Positions 16,752 through 26,059 of a stretch of 53,192 nucleotides of DNA are shown piece after piece. Every line of letters starts with the position of its first letter. Within the stretch, counting starts at the first letter, position 1. A model generated the notes under the pieces. The model saw nothing but the letters and a program-made list of their open reading frames with translations. It did not search any database and had not been told where the DNA came from. The DNA is from SAR324 cluster bacterium (lineage in GTDB: Bacteria > SAR324 > JACQKK01). The stretch lies in the NCBI GenBank assembly GCA_022573975.1, contig JACZSY010000001.1:1-53192 (forward strand), read 5' to 3'. Position numbers and translations under genes: made by a program.

Positions 16752-18155
16752 CTACTCCAATACGTCCAACACTTGTCCGGATTCCACCAATTCCATCTGT
16801 TCCGGAAGTTCGTCCTGGATGAGGCCGGTGTGCATGAACCCGATCCGGGTTTCGAAACCCAGGTAATCGCGGTAGTCGCCGTGGATCGCCCCGCCCCCCG
16901 CGTCCATCAACACCAGGTCCTCTTCTCCCGTGAGAAGTCCGGTTACCTCCTTGTAGCGCGCCGGTGCGATGCCCTTGGCTTCTTTCATCGCATCCAGGGA
17001 GGCGTTGGACAGGTGGTCGCCCGAGATGTGCAACAACCCTTTTTTTCCTCCCACCTCGGCCTCCACCCGCACGCCGAGGCTGGGAATGGCGTGGACCCCA
17101 TGGAAGAAACTGAATTTGGCGCCCCCAATGGTCATGGGGGGTTGGGTGATATCGATGGGATGGTAGTTGTGAAAACGCTTGGCCTCTTCCATGGAACACC
17201 CGAACACCGCGGACAGCTTCACCAACAGGCTGAAATAAATTTCCGGAGTGGTGTAAAGTTCGAAAGGGGGATCGCGCAGGGATTCCGCGACGTCGATATG
17301 GTCCTCGTGCACATGCGATAAAATGAAAGTGTCGATTTTCTTGGGGTCGAGCCTCATTTTTTTGAGATGCTGGTGCATATAGGCTGGGCAATCCCACAAC
17401 ACCACATGGCCGTCGATGTTCAACAGATACCCGTTGGCGGGATCGTTGGGGTCGAACCCATTGCTGCGCCCCAGCACCGTGATGGTAAAACGGCCCGCAT
17501 CCTTGTTGAACCGTTGATGCTTCAAGGTATAACTGGGGGTTTGTTCCTTGACCACCGTCATGTCCACCTCGTAGGCTTCCTCGCCATAAAGCACACGAAA
17601 ACCGGCCTCTCCCGTCCGTTCGATGAATACCGCCGGCATTTTGTCCTGCGCCGGGTATACTTCGCAGCGTTGACCGGGGTCCAGGGGAAAAAAGTTGATC
17701 ATTTCCGGAATTTCAAACGCCTTGCCGCCGTTGTCCGGGTTTTTCAGGCACATGTAATAGGTTTCCTGAAAAATTTCCGCGGCGCGTTTTTTGGGTGTTC
17801 CCGCCTTCACCATTTCCGCCTCCATCGGCCCAACCACAGTCACCCGCAGCAATTCGGAAATTCCCTGGCATTGCTTGGGATTGGCCACGACCTGATAGCG
17901 GCGTTTGCGTTCCAGCCCGCGCTGCACGAACAGGAAGTGGTAGAGGGGAAATTCCAGCGAAGCCTGCGAGGAGTGGTGATGAAACAGTTTCTCCGGGATC
18001 ACCACCGTATCGGGCATCGGCAGGTGCAGGGACAAGATGCGCTTCAGAATCTCGGGAGGACACCCAAAGAGGATGTTTCCCTGGGGGGAACAGAATAAAT
18101 TGGCGCCCTCGGTGAGGGCGTGCATGTGAACATCAGGTGTGCTGGCCGTAGGCAA
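16752..18155 (-). CDS. MBL-fold metallo-hydrolase with an uncharacterised N-terminal domain of about 230 aa
   Basis: ILSHVHEDHID (HxHxDH) plus downstream His/Asp ligands (FHGVHAIP, HISGDH). TTG start at 18155 is preceded by GGGAGG at 7-nt spacing. ATG at 18125 is the alternative. Confidence 0.8.
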   Translation of the reverse strand: MPTASTPDVHMHALTEGANLFCSPQGNILFGCPPEILKRILSLHLPMPDTVVIPEKLFHHHSSQASLEFPLYHFLFVQRGLERKRRYQVVANPKQCQGISELLRVTVVGPMEAEMVKAGTPKKRAAEIFQETYYMCLKNPDNGGKAFEIPEMINFFPLDPGQRCEVYPAQDKMPAVFIERTGEAGFRVLYGEEAYEVDMTVVKEQTPSYTLKHQRFNKDAGRFTITVLGRSNGFDPNDPANGYLLNIDGHVVLWDCPAYMHQHLKKMRLDPKKIDTFILSHVHEDHIDVAESLRDPPFELYTTPEIYFSLLVKLSAVFGCSMEEAKRFHNYHPIDITQPPMTIGGAKFSFFHGVHAIPSLGVRVEAEVGGKKGLLHISGDHLSNASLDAMKEAKGIAPARYKEVTGLLTGEEDLVLMDAGGGAIHGDYRDYLGFETRIGFMHTGLIQDELPEQMELVESGQVLDVLE

Positions 18156-18579
18156 AACCGAACCTCCCTTTGTTGCAACCCCAGTGCGGCCGGTGCGCCG
18201 GGCCTCGCGGCCGCATTATTTTAACCCGTCAAGCCCCAAAGGCTTTTGGGAAGCCACTCCTCCCCGGTGGGAGGAAATTTGAAGCAAAATCGATCTCAGC
18301 AACCGTAAAAGCAAATTGCTTACCAATCGTCCCTTTTTGTTTCCGCCTGTTCCGGCTTTTGATTTTGCTTCGCCACGGGGGAAATACGCTTTTCCGGGGT
18401 TCCAGGGAGCCTATTTCCCAGTTTCGGAAACACCGATTTCCGCCACCTCGGCCTCCGGCAAACCCCATTCCCGCGGAAAATCGCGCCCGATATCCCCTGT
18501 TCCCTTGTCTTCGCGTCCGCGCTGGTTTTCAGGTTGATGCCGCTTCATCGACAGCGCCGCGCTTCTTGGACCCACCGGA

Positions 18580-18618
18580 AACGCCGCTGGAACAGGAAAC
18601 ATGGCTGCCAGCGGCGTT
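18580..18618 (-). terminator. 11-bp perfect inverted repeat downstream of the ThiS-like gene (possible terminator)
   Basis: AACGCCGCTGG - 17 nt - CCAGCGGCGTT. On the minus strand only a weak U tract (TTTCC) follows. Confidence 0.4.
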
Positions 18619-18668
18619 CCTAAAACACCCAATTGATGGCGAGAATACGGGGAACCGAAGAACCGCGA

Positions 18669-18944
18669 TCATCCACCCGCGATGGAAGGCACAATTTGGA
18701 TGACGTCGCCGTTTTTCACTTCCGTGTCCAGGTTTTTCTCATAGCGGATGTCCTCATCGTTGAGATAGATGTTGACGAAGCTGCGAATCATTCCCTGGTC
18801 ATCGAAAAGGTGTTCCTTCAAGTCAGCGTATTGGTCGATCAGGTTGTCCATGGCCTGTTTGACATTTCCTTCGGGCACCTCCACGGCCCCGTTGTTGCCC
18901 GCGAAGCGTTGCAACGCGGAAGGGATTTCGATTTTTGCCGGCAT
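18669..18944 (-). CDS. ThiS/MoaD-family sulfur-carrier protein (CysO-like), C-terminal Gly-Gly
   Basis: 91 aa ending ..VIQIVPSIAGG. Start at MPAKIEI is preceded by AGGAAAGAAG. ATG at 18959 is the alternative. Confidence 0.8.
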   Translation of the reverse strand: MPAKIEIPSALQRFAGNNGAVEVPEGNVKQAMDNLIDQYADLKEHLFDDQGMIRSFVNIYLNDEDIRYEKNLDTEVKNGDVIQIVPSIAGG

Positions 18945-19106
18945 GACTTCTTTCCTCATTGACTCAAGGTTGGTGAATTAATTCCCGAATTATTTCTCTG
19001 TACGGGGCCATTCCTCGCCGATGGCGAAAATGGACACGGATTTTTGCACCTTCGCGCCTTGCGGCGAACCCGTTCCCTCTAGAAAATAATTTTTGATTTC
19101 AAGTCG

Positions 19107-20048
19107 TTATAGATTATCACTCCAGAATCTTTCGCTCAAGTATTTTAGTCCGTTGTCGGGGAAAACGGTGACCACGCATTCTCCCGGATGTTCGGCGGCG
19201 ATTTGCCGGGCGGCCACCAGGGCGGCGCCGGAAGAAATTCCCACCAGCAGGCCCTCCTTCTTGGACAGCGCCACCACGGCGGCATAGGCGGCCTCGGTGC
19301 GAACCGCCATTTTACGGTCCGCGAACTCCGGATCGTAAAATTCGGGCACCATGGCGCTTTCCATGTGCTTCATGCCCTCCAGCCCATGAAACGCGGAGTC
19401 CGGTTGAACCTCTACGATCTGGATGGAGGAATCCTGGGCCTTCAAATAGCGTCCCACCCCCATGAAGGTTCCCGAGGTGCCCAGGGTGGCGATAAAATGG
19501 CGCACGCTTTGGCGGGTTTGCCGATAAATCTCGGGTCCGGTGGTCTCGAAATGCGCTTTCCAGTTGTTCTCGTTGGAATACTGGTCGGCGTAAAAATACC
19601 GGCCGGGGTCCGCGGAGAAAAGTTCCCTAGCCTTGACGATGGCCCCATCGGAAAAAAGGCCCGGATCGGTGAGGATCATTTCCGCCCCGAAAGCCTGGAG
19701 AATTTTCACCCGGGCCGGTGAAACGCTGGCCGGCATGCAGAGCCGCACCGGGTAGCCCCGTGACGCGCCGATCATGGCATAGGCGATCCCGGTGTTGCCC
19801 GAGGTGGCGTCCAGGATCGTTTTTCCGGGCGGCAACTGACCGTCGCGTTCGGCTGCGGAGATGATCTTCCAGGCGGGGCGGTCCTTGGTGGAGCCGCCGG
19901 GATTTTCCCATTCGGCCTTGGCGAACAGATTGCCCTCGGGAACGATGCGCTCAAGGCGGAGGAGGGGCGTGTTGCCGATCAGGCCGGTCAGGGTGTCTCC
20001 GATTTCCCCCATCGCCGTGGGTATTTTCCGCACCGCCGAACCGCTCAT
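19107..20048 (-). CDS. PLP-dependent cysteine synthase (CysK/CysM family)
   Basis: GNTPLLRL, NPGGSTKDRPA (PLP lysine), TSGNTGIA, GTSGTFMG, SSGAA. Start at MSGSAVRK (ATG 20048). Confidence 0.9.
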   Translation of the reverse strand: MSGSAVRKIPTAMGEIGDTLTGLIGNTPLLRLERIVPEGNLFAKAEWENPGGSTKDRPAWKIISAAERDGQLPPGKTILDATSGNTGIAYAMIGASRGYPVRLCMPASVSPARVKILQAFGAEMILTDPGLFSDGAIVKARELFSADPGRYFYADQYSNENNWKAHFETTGPEIYRQTRQSVRHFIATLGTSGTFMGVGRYLKAQDSSIQIVEVQPDSAFHGLEGMKHMESAMVPEFYDPEFADRKMAVRTEAAYAAVVALSKKEGLLVGISSGAALVAARQIAAEHPGECVVTVFPDNGLKYLSERFWSDNL

Positions 20049-20340
20049 GATCTGGTTTCCTCGTTTGGCATCAAGCTGCCGTAAATCCTTCCACAATCCG
20101 GGGGGCCATCCCTCCGGGTGCGTTGCTTCCCGAAATCCCAGCCAGCAACCCAAAACGAACCGGCAATGTTTTCCAGGTTCGCTGTTGTCTCCAAAGGATG
20201 CCCTCTACGGCGTGCGAGGGCAAGTTGCCCTGGAAATTTCCCTGACCCGGGGCATTGATTTGTTGCCAATCCAGCCCTTTTTTCGCATGATGAAGCGGGG
20301 GAGGGGAAACTTCTTCCACACGGACAAAGGAGCTATCGCC

Positions 20341-20730
20341 ATGACCGATTTTCTTTTGTATCTGGCCTACACGGCCGCCTTCACCGCCCTGATGTGGATT
20401 CCCTACATTCTCAACATGATCATGGTGCGTGGTCTGATCGATGGGGTGGGATATCCGGACAATCCCAAGCCGTTGGCCCCCTGGGCGCAGCGGATGCGGG
20501 CGGCCCATTACAACGCGGTGGAAAACCTGGTGGTGATGTCCATCCTGGCCCTGATCGCCCACGCGGCGAACATGGTCACCGAGACCATGACCACCGCCAT
20601 GCTGGCCTATCTGATCTTCCGCGTCGTTCACTTCTTCGCCTACACCTTCAAGGTGCCCTGGGTGCGCACGCTGACTTTCGTCGGCGGCTGGGCCTGCATC
20701 GTGGTGGTCGCGGTGAGGATTCTTTTTTAA
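20341..20730 (+). CDS. MAPEG-family membrane protein
   Basis: 129 aa with 3-4 TM helices. GYPDNPKPLAPWAQRMRAAHYNAVENL resembles the MAPEG loop (R..AH.N..E). RBS AAAGGAG lies before the ATG. Confidence 0.7.
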   Translation: MTDFLLYLAYTAAFTALMWIPYILNMIMVRGLIDGVGYPDNPKPLAPWAQRMRAAHYNAVENLVVMSILALIAHAANMVTETMTTAMLAYLIFRVVHFFAYTFKVPWVRTLTFVGGWACIVVVAVRILF

Positions 20731-20960
20731 CAAGGTGACGGACGCCCGGGGGGTATGATCCATCCGGGCAGCCATGCCGGGTTGACCGCAGTGGCACGGA
20801 AGCGAAGAAGTGAGGAGGCTGGTGGCGGGGTTCGTCAAATCCCTAGGCGCGGAACGGTGAGGGGGGGCTTTGTAAATTCCCCCCAAATTCCATCTCGAAA
20901 TGAGGGGAATCGCCCGTTTAGGCGTCCGGAGCGACTTTTCAATTGTTTACGCGGGAAAAA

Positions 20961-21293
20961 TCAAGAGGGCGTATCTTCAAGCGCATTTTGTAGCGCTTCC
21001 AACTCGGCCCGAAGATCGGGAAGATCCCTCATTACCGTGCACCATACCTGTTCGGGATCGATGCGATCGTATTCGTGCACCAAAATGTTGCGAAAGCCTA
21101 TGATTTCATCGGTGTGACCGATTCGGCCGGCGGTTTCCGGATCGGACCGTTTCAACCGCGGCAGCGCCTCTCCAAGAATCTGGAACTACCGCTCAACGGC
21201 ATCCCGCAGCATATGGTTGGACAGGTATTGAGGCAGGCTTTTACCCTCGGTATATTCCTGCAAAGCATTGACGGCCCGCAGCATATCCCACAA
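20961..21293 (-). pseudogene. HepT (DUF86) toxin gene interrupted by an in-frame TAG at 21186-21188
   Basis: The frame reads (L)WDMLRAVNALQEYTEGKSLPQYLSNHMLRDAVER*FQILGEALPRLKRSDPE..IIGFRNILVHEYDRIDPEQVW. RNxxxHxY is the HepT Rx4HxY motif. The stop sits where HepT proteins have ..ERxLEIIGEA.. Only the last 64 codons appear as an ORF in the track. Confidence 0.75.
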
Positions 21294-21306
21294 ATATCCC
21301 TACGAC

Positions 21307-21615
21307 CTAAGCCGCACAGAGCAACGTTCTTGCCGCCGATACACTTTTCAGGAAGTACGGATTCCGAATGGCGCCGGGCATGACCAGATCGACAGACCGC
21401 CCCGTCAACGCTTCGAGGTCGCGCTTCAGGCCGAAATACTCGCCCATCCAGAGCTTTTCGGCGCCGGGGGAGAAGGTCACCAGGAAATCCAGGTCGCTAC
21501 GGGAGGGATCGAATTGCCCGATCGCGGCCGAGCCGATCAACTCCAGGCGAGCTACCTGGTATCTGATACACAATTCCCTCAACTCAGGGAGATGTTGCGC
21601 GATGATCGGATTCAT
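21307..21615 (-). CDS. MNT-type nucleotidyltransferase antitoxin
   Basis: LELIGSAAIGQFDPSRSDLDFLV matches the GSxxxGxxxxxSDxD minimal nucleotidyltransferase motif. It lies immediately upstream of the HepT frame. Confidence 0.85.
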   Translation of the reverse strand: MNPIIAQHLPELRELCIRYQVARLELIGSAAIGQFDPSRSDLDFLVTFSPGAEKLWMGEYFGLKRDLEALTGRSVDLVMPGAIRNPYFLKSVSAARTLLCAA

Positions 21616-21983
21616 GTTGATGAATCCTGTTCCATTTCCTCCGGAGCGGAGCGGTTCGCCCCCGGCCCAGAAACGCCAAGCTATCAGGCGTGCGCCACAC
21701 CGGGCGGGAAACCGATTTTCCCCTCTGTCCGGAAATATTCCATGTCCGGTATCACGGTGTCCCCTTTAACGTGTAACCCATACCGGCATCGCCAGGCCCT
21801 GACGGAATCATTCCTGAAAAAAGGGAATCAGGCCACCTGGTTCCCGCCCTCGGCAAGTCTCGAATTCGGACCCGGCAACGGCCGGCATTCGGCCCTCGAA
21901 TGGCCTGAATTTGGCATTCCCGGAAGGGAGTAATCTCCGATTTTCGGCATTCGGAGTATTTTTTCATCCTTTGGGTATTGACA

Positions 21984-22154
21984 ATGCCTTCCTCCGGCCT
22001 TAGAAACAAAATTGAAGGTTTGCAGTCCACCAACCGCAGAAAGTTGAAAACGATGCTTCCCGTGATGCTCACCCTGGCTTTATTCGGCGCCCTGTTAATG
22101 GGGCTGATTCATATCCTGCGCCTGGACCGGAGCCGGAAACGCATCGCTGTCTGA
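21984..22154 (+). CDS. Candidate small membrane protein / leader ORF, 56 aa (below the track cut-off)
   Basis: ATG 21984 to TGA 22152-22154: MPSSGLRNKIEGLQSTNRRKLKTMLPVMLTLALFGALLMGLIHILRLDRSRKRIAV. One TM-like helix with basic flanks. No convincing RBS. Confidence 0.3.
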   Translation: MPSSGLRNKIEGLQSTNRRKLKTMLPVMLTLALFGALLMGLIHILRLDRSRKRIAV

Positions 22155-22219
22155 ACGATCATGTTTCACAGTTGCGCGAGGCTCGGCCGGGTCTCGCGTC
22201 TGAAAGTGTATAGAGCCAA

Positions 22220-22265
22220 AGCCGCGAGGCCCGAGACCCAGGGCAGCGCGGCTTTTTTGTTTTTT
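22220..22265 (+). terminator. Intrinsic terminator / attenuator hairpin 110 nt upstream of leuA
   Basis: AGCCGCG..(20 nt, partly self-pairing)..CGCGGCT followed by TTTTTTGTTTTTT. It is preceded by a second hairpin CGCGAG-12 nt-CTCGCG at 22175-22198. Confidence 0.7.
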
Positions 22266-22375
22266 GAAACAGGCTCCATACCGACCGCTCCAGCCGTGAT
22301 GGATCGGGAAGAGGCGCCCACCCAAACCGGAAGCCGGCAGTTCCGGCCTCCCAGCAAACGATCGAGGAACCGGCC

Positions 22376-23908
22376 ATGTCCGAGATAGAAACCATCAAGA
22401 TATTCGACACGACCCTTCGTGACGGAGAACAATCCCCCGGCTTCACCATGAATGCCGAGGAAAAACTGATCATGGCGCAGCAACTGGCCAAAATGGGCGT
22501 GGACACCATCGAGGCTGGCTTCGCGGCGGCCTCTCCCGGGGACTTCGAGAGCGTCCGGGACATCGGCCACACCCTCAAAGGGCCGATGGTGGTCTCCCTT
22601 TGCCGCACCCGCATCGAGGACGTGGACGCGGCCGCGGAGGCCCTCAAAGGCTCGCCCAACTGGGGCATTCACACCTTCGTCGCGGCCAGCCCGTTGCACA
22701 TGAAATACAAGTTGCAGCAGGACCCCGAGGACGTTTTGCGGGGCGCGGTGAAGGCGGTGGAACGCTCCAAGTCGTTCACCGACAACGTGGAGTTCAGCCC
22801 CGAGGACGCAACCCGTTCCGAGCCGGAATTCCTGGTGCGGATGGTATCGGAATGCATTCGCGCCGGGGCGACGGTGATCAACATTCCCGACACGGTGGGC
22901 TACACCACCCCCGATGAGATTTACCAGTTGATCGACCGGCTGCGCAACGAGGTCTACCAGGGCGATCAGGTCACCTTCTCGGTGCACTGCCACAACGACC
23001 TGGGGCTGGCCGTGGCCAATTCCCTGGCGGCGGTGCGGGCCGGGGCGCGGCAGATCGAATGCACCATCAACGGCATCGGAGAACGCGCGGGCAACGCCTC
23101 CCTGGAGGAACTGGTGATGCTGTTCAAGGTGCGCAAGGAGATGTTCGGGATGGAGACCAACATCGTCAGCGAGGAACTGTACCACGCCAGCCGCCTGCTG
23201 ACCCAACTCACCGGAATCCCCGTGCAGCCCAACAAGGCCATCGTCGGGGCCAACGCCTTCGCCCACGAGGCCGGCATCCATCAGGATGGCGTGCTGAAAA
23301 ATCCGCTCACCTACGAGATCATGACGCCCGAATCGGTGGGCATCAAGTCCAACAACCTGGTGCTGGGGAAACATTCGGGGCGCCACGCGCTGGCCGCCCG
23401 CATCCGCGAGTTGGGATATGAGGTGAGCGGGAGTGAGTTGAATCGGGTCTTCGGCGAGTTCAAGCGGCTGGCCGATCTGAAAAAAACGGTGTATGACGAG
23501 GACATCGAAGCCCTGGTCACGCAAAGCGACACCACCGGCCAAAGCCGCTACCGGTTGCTTTCCATGAACGTGGTCTCCGGCACCAACACGGTGCCCACCG
23601 CCACGGTGGAAATGGAAATCGACGGCCAGGTGATGCGCGAGGCGCATTTCGGCGACGGCCCGGTGGACGCGGCCTTGAACACCATCAAGCGGTTGACCCA
23701 ATCCAAGTGCACGCTGACCCAATACAAGGTCAACGCCATCACCGGCGGCACCGACGCCCAGGGCGAGGTCACGGTTTCCATCGAGGAAAACGGGAAAGCC
23801 GTCACTGGCCGGGGCACCGATCCGGACATCATCCTGGCCTCCGCCAAGGCCTTCGTGGTGGCGCTGAACCGGATGGAATACCGCAAGAAGCGGATCGAAG
23901 GCGTTTGA
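22376..23908 (+). CDS. leuA: 2-isopropylmalate synthase
   Basis: [35 protein letters not shown], and the C-terminal LeuA dimerisation/regulatory domain. 510 aa. Confidence 0.95.
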   Translation: MSEIETIKIFDTTLRDGEQSPGFTMNAEEKLIMAQQLAKMGVDTIEAGFAAASPGDFESVRDIGHTLKGPMVVSLCRTRIEDVDAAAEALKGSPNWGIHTFVAASPLHMKYKLQQDPEDVLRGAVKAVERSKSFTDNVEFSPEDATRSEPEFLVRMVSECIRAGATVINIPDTVGYTTPDEIYQLIDRLRNEVYQGDQVTFSVHCHNDLGLAVANSLAAVRAGARQIECTINGIGERAGNASLEELVMLFKVRKEMFGMETNIVSEELYHASRLLTQLTGIPVQPNKAIVGANAFAHEAGIHQDGVLKNPLTYEIMTPESVGIKSNNLVLGKHSGRHALAARIRELGYEVSGSELNRVFGEFKRLADLKKTVYDEDIEALVTQSDTTGQSRYRLLSMNVVSGTNTVPTATVEMEIDGQVMREAHFGDGPVDAALNTIKRLTQSKCTLTQYKVNAITGGTDAQGEVTVSIEENGKAVTGRGTDPDIILASAKAFVVALNRMEYRKKRIEGV

Positions 23909-23914
23909 AGCCGA

Positions 23915-23949
23915 TTTTTTCCGCTCCATTCCCCGCGCCCTGCGGCGAA
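23915..23949 (+). repeat. REP-like intergenic element, copy A
   Basis: ttttttccgctccattccccgcgccctgcggcg. By hand alignment 28 of 33 positions are identical to copy B. Confidence 0.6.
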
Positions 23950-24108
23950 GTGGATTGTGTGTTTTCGATTCCCCGCTTCCTTCGGCGAGGCCTTTTATTT
24001 CCTGGTGCCCGCCGAAACCGGCCTCCCTCCGGCATGGTCATGCCCTTCCTGCCGTGATGGTTCCGGCGCCGGATACGCTCAACCCACCCTGTCATCGAAG
24101 AACGCCTT

Positions 24109-25017
24109 ATGTGGTTTGTGCTGGCGCTGGGCAGCGCGCTGTTTCAAGTGCTTCGCAACATGGCCATGAAGCATCTTGGCCATGTGCTGGACGAGACCAT
24201 CAACGTCTGGGGCCGGTTCGTCTTCCTGCTTCCCTTCGCGTCGATAGGCGTGCTGCTGCTGGGATATCCGGAAATCTCCGGGCCATTGGGCATGAAGCCG
24301 GTGGGCTTCGCAGCGTTGAGCGGCACGTTTTGGGGACTGGCCTTTTTGTTCGGCATTACCCAGAACCTGGGCACCTTGAGCCTGTCCAAGGCGCTCCACC
24401 TGTCGGACATCTCCCTGGTGACCGCCTTGTGGAAGATCAGCTTGTTGTTCCTGGTGGTCTGGGGGTATCTGGCCTTGGGGGAAACCCCCTCGCCGATGGG
24501 CCTGGCCGGGTTGACGGTCTCCATGGTGGGCGTGTATCTGCTCAATGTGAACCGGTCGCGGGTTTCCTTCTGGGCGCCCCTGGCCGCGCTGGTTGAGGAC
24601 CCGGGCCAGCGTTGGACCGTGCTTGCCGGGCTGGGGTATGCGGTCTCCGTGGTGCTCATCAAGCGGATGGCCCAGCTTTCCAATCCGGCCTGGGCCGTGC
24701 TGGCGGGGTATTTGTTGTGCAGCGTCCTGCTCACGCCCTATGCCGTCTACCGCTCGGGGGAGTATTTCAGGCAGGTGGGCGCCAATTGGAAAAGCTTCGT
24801 GGCGATGGGAATGTTCGGCACCCTGTCCACCTGGTTCGGCACCACCGCCTACACCATGACCGTCAGCGCCTATGTGGAGGCGGTGAAACAGGTGGAGGTG
24901 CTGTTCGCCCTGGCCATCGGATATCTCATCTTCCAGGAAAAGGCCCGCATCAAGGTGATCTGGGCTGGCGCCCTGGTGATATTGCTGGGCATGGTGATGC
25001 TGAAACTGGGAGGTTGA
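24109..25017 (+). CDS. EamA/DMT-superfamily transporter
   Basis: 302 aa with about 10 hydrophobic helices in two similar halves, typical EamA organisation. Confidence 0.8.
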   Translation: MWFVLALGSALFQVLRNMAMKHLGHVLDETINVWGRFVFLLPFASIGVLLLGYPEISGPLGMKPVGFAALSGTFWGLAFLFGITQNLGTLSLSKALHLSDISLVTALWKISLLFLVVWGYLALGETPSPMGLAGLTVSMVGVYLLNVNRSRVSFWAPLAALVEDPGQRWTVLAGLGYAVSVVLIKRMAQLSNPAWAVLAGYLLCSVLLTPYAVYRSGEYFRQVGANWKSFVAMGMFGTLSTWFGTTAYTMTVSAYVEAVKQVEVLFALAIGYLIFQEKARIKVIWAGALVILLGMVMLKLGG

Positions 25018-25158
25018 GCGAGGGTTTTCGGTGAAACAGCGGCCAGGCGCGAATAATAATAATATCGGGGGCATACCCCTTGCCCGCCGGAGGAAAAAAT
25101 ATCGCGGCTTGGCGCTTCCCCCCACAGTTTCCACTCAACCACCCAAAAGGAGCAGACG

Positions 25159-25656
25159 ATGGGATTTAACCAGATGGATTTTCAACGGTTGATCGAAGAT
25201 TTCACCCGCGCCGTGGAGGCGGGGGACGGCACACGGCTGGCCGCCCTCTTCACCGGGGCGGGAGTGTACCACGACACCTTTTATGGGGAATTCGAAGGCA
25301 GGGAGGCCATCCGGGCCATGCTGGAGGAGCGGTTTCATGGCGATGCGGAGCGCTTTTTATGGGAGATGGAACAGGCGGTGTGCGATGGCCAAACCGGGTA
25401 CACCAGCTGGAACTTCAGTTATACCTCGATCCAGCAGGGCAGCACGGGCCGGCGGGTGGTCTTTCAGGGCATGAGCCGTTTCGACCTGGAGGGAGGATTG
25501 ATCCGGCGTTACAGCGAGAAACTCGACAGCGGAATGGCCTTGATTCAACTGGATTTTCATCCGGAACGAATGGCCAAGCTGTTCAACCGCTGGAATGCCC
25601 CCCTCGCCGTTCAACCGGCGCTGCAACGCCATTTCAAAGGAGAATCTTCCCGGTAA
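25159..25656 (+). CDS. SnoaL-like / NTF2-fold protein
   Basis: FQRLIEDFTRAVEAGDGTRLAALFTGAGVYHDTFYGEFEGREAIRAMLE is the typical SnoaL-like N-terminal helix-loop pattern. RBS AAAAGGAG. Confidence 0.65.
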   Translation: MGFNQMDFQRLIEDFTRAVEAGDGTRLAALFTGAGVYHDTFYGEFEGREAIRAMLEERFHGDAERFLWEMEQAVCDGQTGYTSWNFSYTSIQQGSTGRRVVFQGMSRFDLEGGLIRRYSEKLDSGMALIQLDFHPERMAKLFNRWNAPLAVQPALQRHFKGESSR

Positions 25657-25675
25657 GCGGGGGTCAAAAGCGGAA

Positions 25676-26059
25676 TCAGTCGTCCTTCGCCAGGCGGTCG
25701 GCCGCCCCCTGGGCGAGCAGCCCGGCCAGCCGCGCCGCATCGTCCATGGCCGGGGAAAAGTAATAAAAAATTTGAAAACGCCCGGATTTTCCGGTGGACG
25801 CCAAGCGGAAGCGCTTTTCGGGCGAGATGATGCCCGGTTCATTGGGTACCAGGCATCTCGCCTTGTCCTCGCCTCCAAACAATAAAAATATTTCCCCCTC
25901 GCTCACCACCACTTTCGCCCATTGGTCCGGCGGGAGCCGGGAAAAAACAGACAGCTCCCTGGGAACGGAATTGTGGTTGATCAGCGCGGAAAGGTCCTTC
26001 AACACCAAATCGGGCGGGATGGTTTCCATCATCGTTTTCCCCCTTCCCCTTTCGTTCAT
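25676..26059 (-). CDS. Hypothetical small protein, possibly DUF1971-like; translationally coupled to the upstream gene
   Basis: Its ATG overlaps the TGA of the DUF4340 gene (cTGATGa). WAKVVVSEGEIFLLF...EPGIISPEKRFRL...GRFQIFYY resembles the TehB-N/DUF1971 beta-barrel pattern. This assignment is tentative. Confidence 0.5.
   Translation of the reverse strand: MNERGRGKTMMETIPPDLVLKDLSALINHNSVPRELSVFSRLPPDQWAKVVVSEGEIFLLFGGEDKARCLVPNEPGIISPEKRFRLASTGKSGRFQIFYYFSPAMDDAARLAGLLAQGAADRLAKDD

Noticed and set aside
22099-22135. GGGGCTGATTC.. resembling the 5' end of tmRNA
   Set aside because: Only about 11 nt match. There is no tag-ORF or T-arm/CCA-type 3' end, and leuA starts 270 nt downstream, leaving no room for an RNA of about 360 nt.
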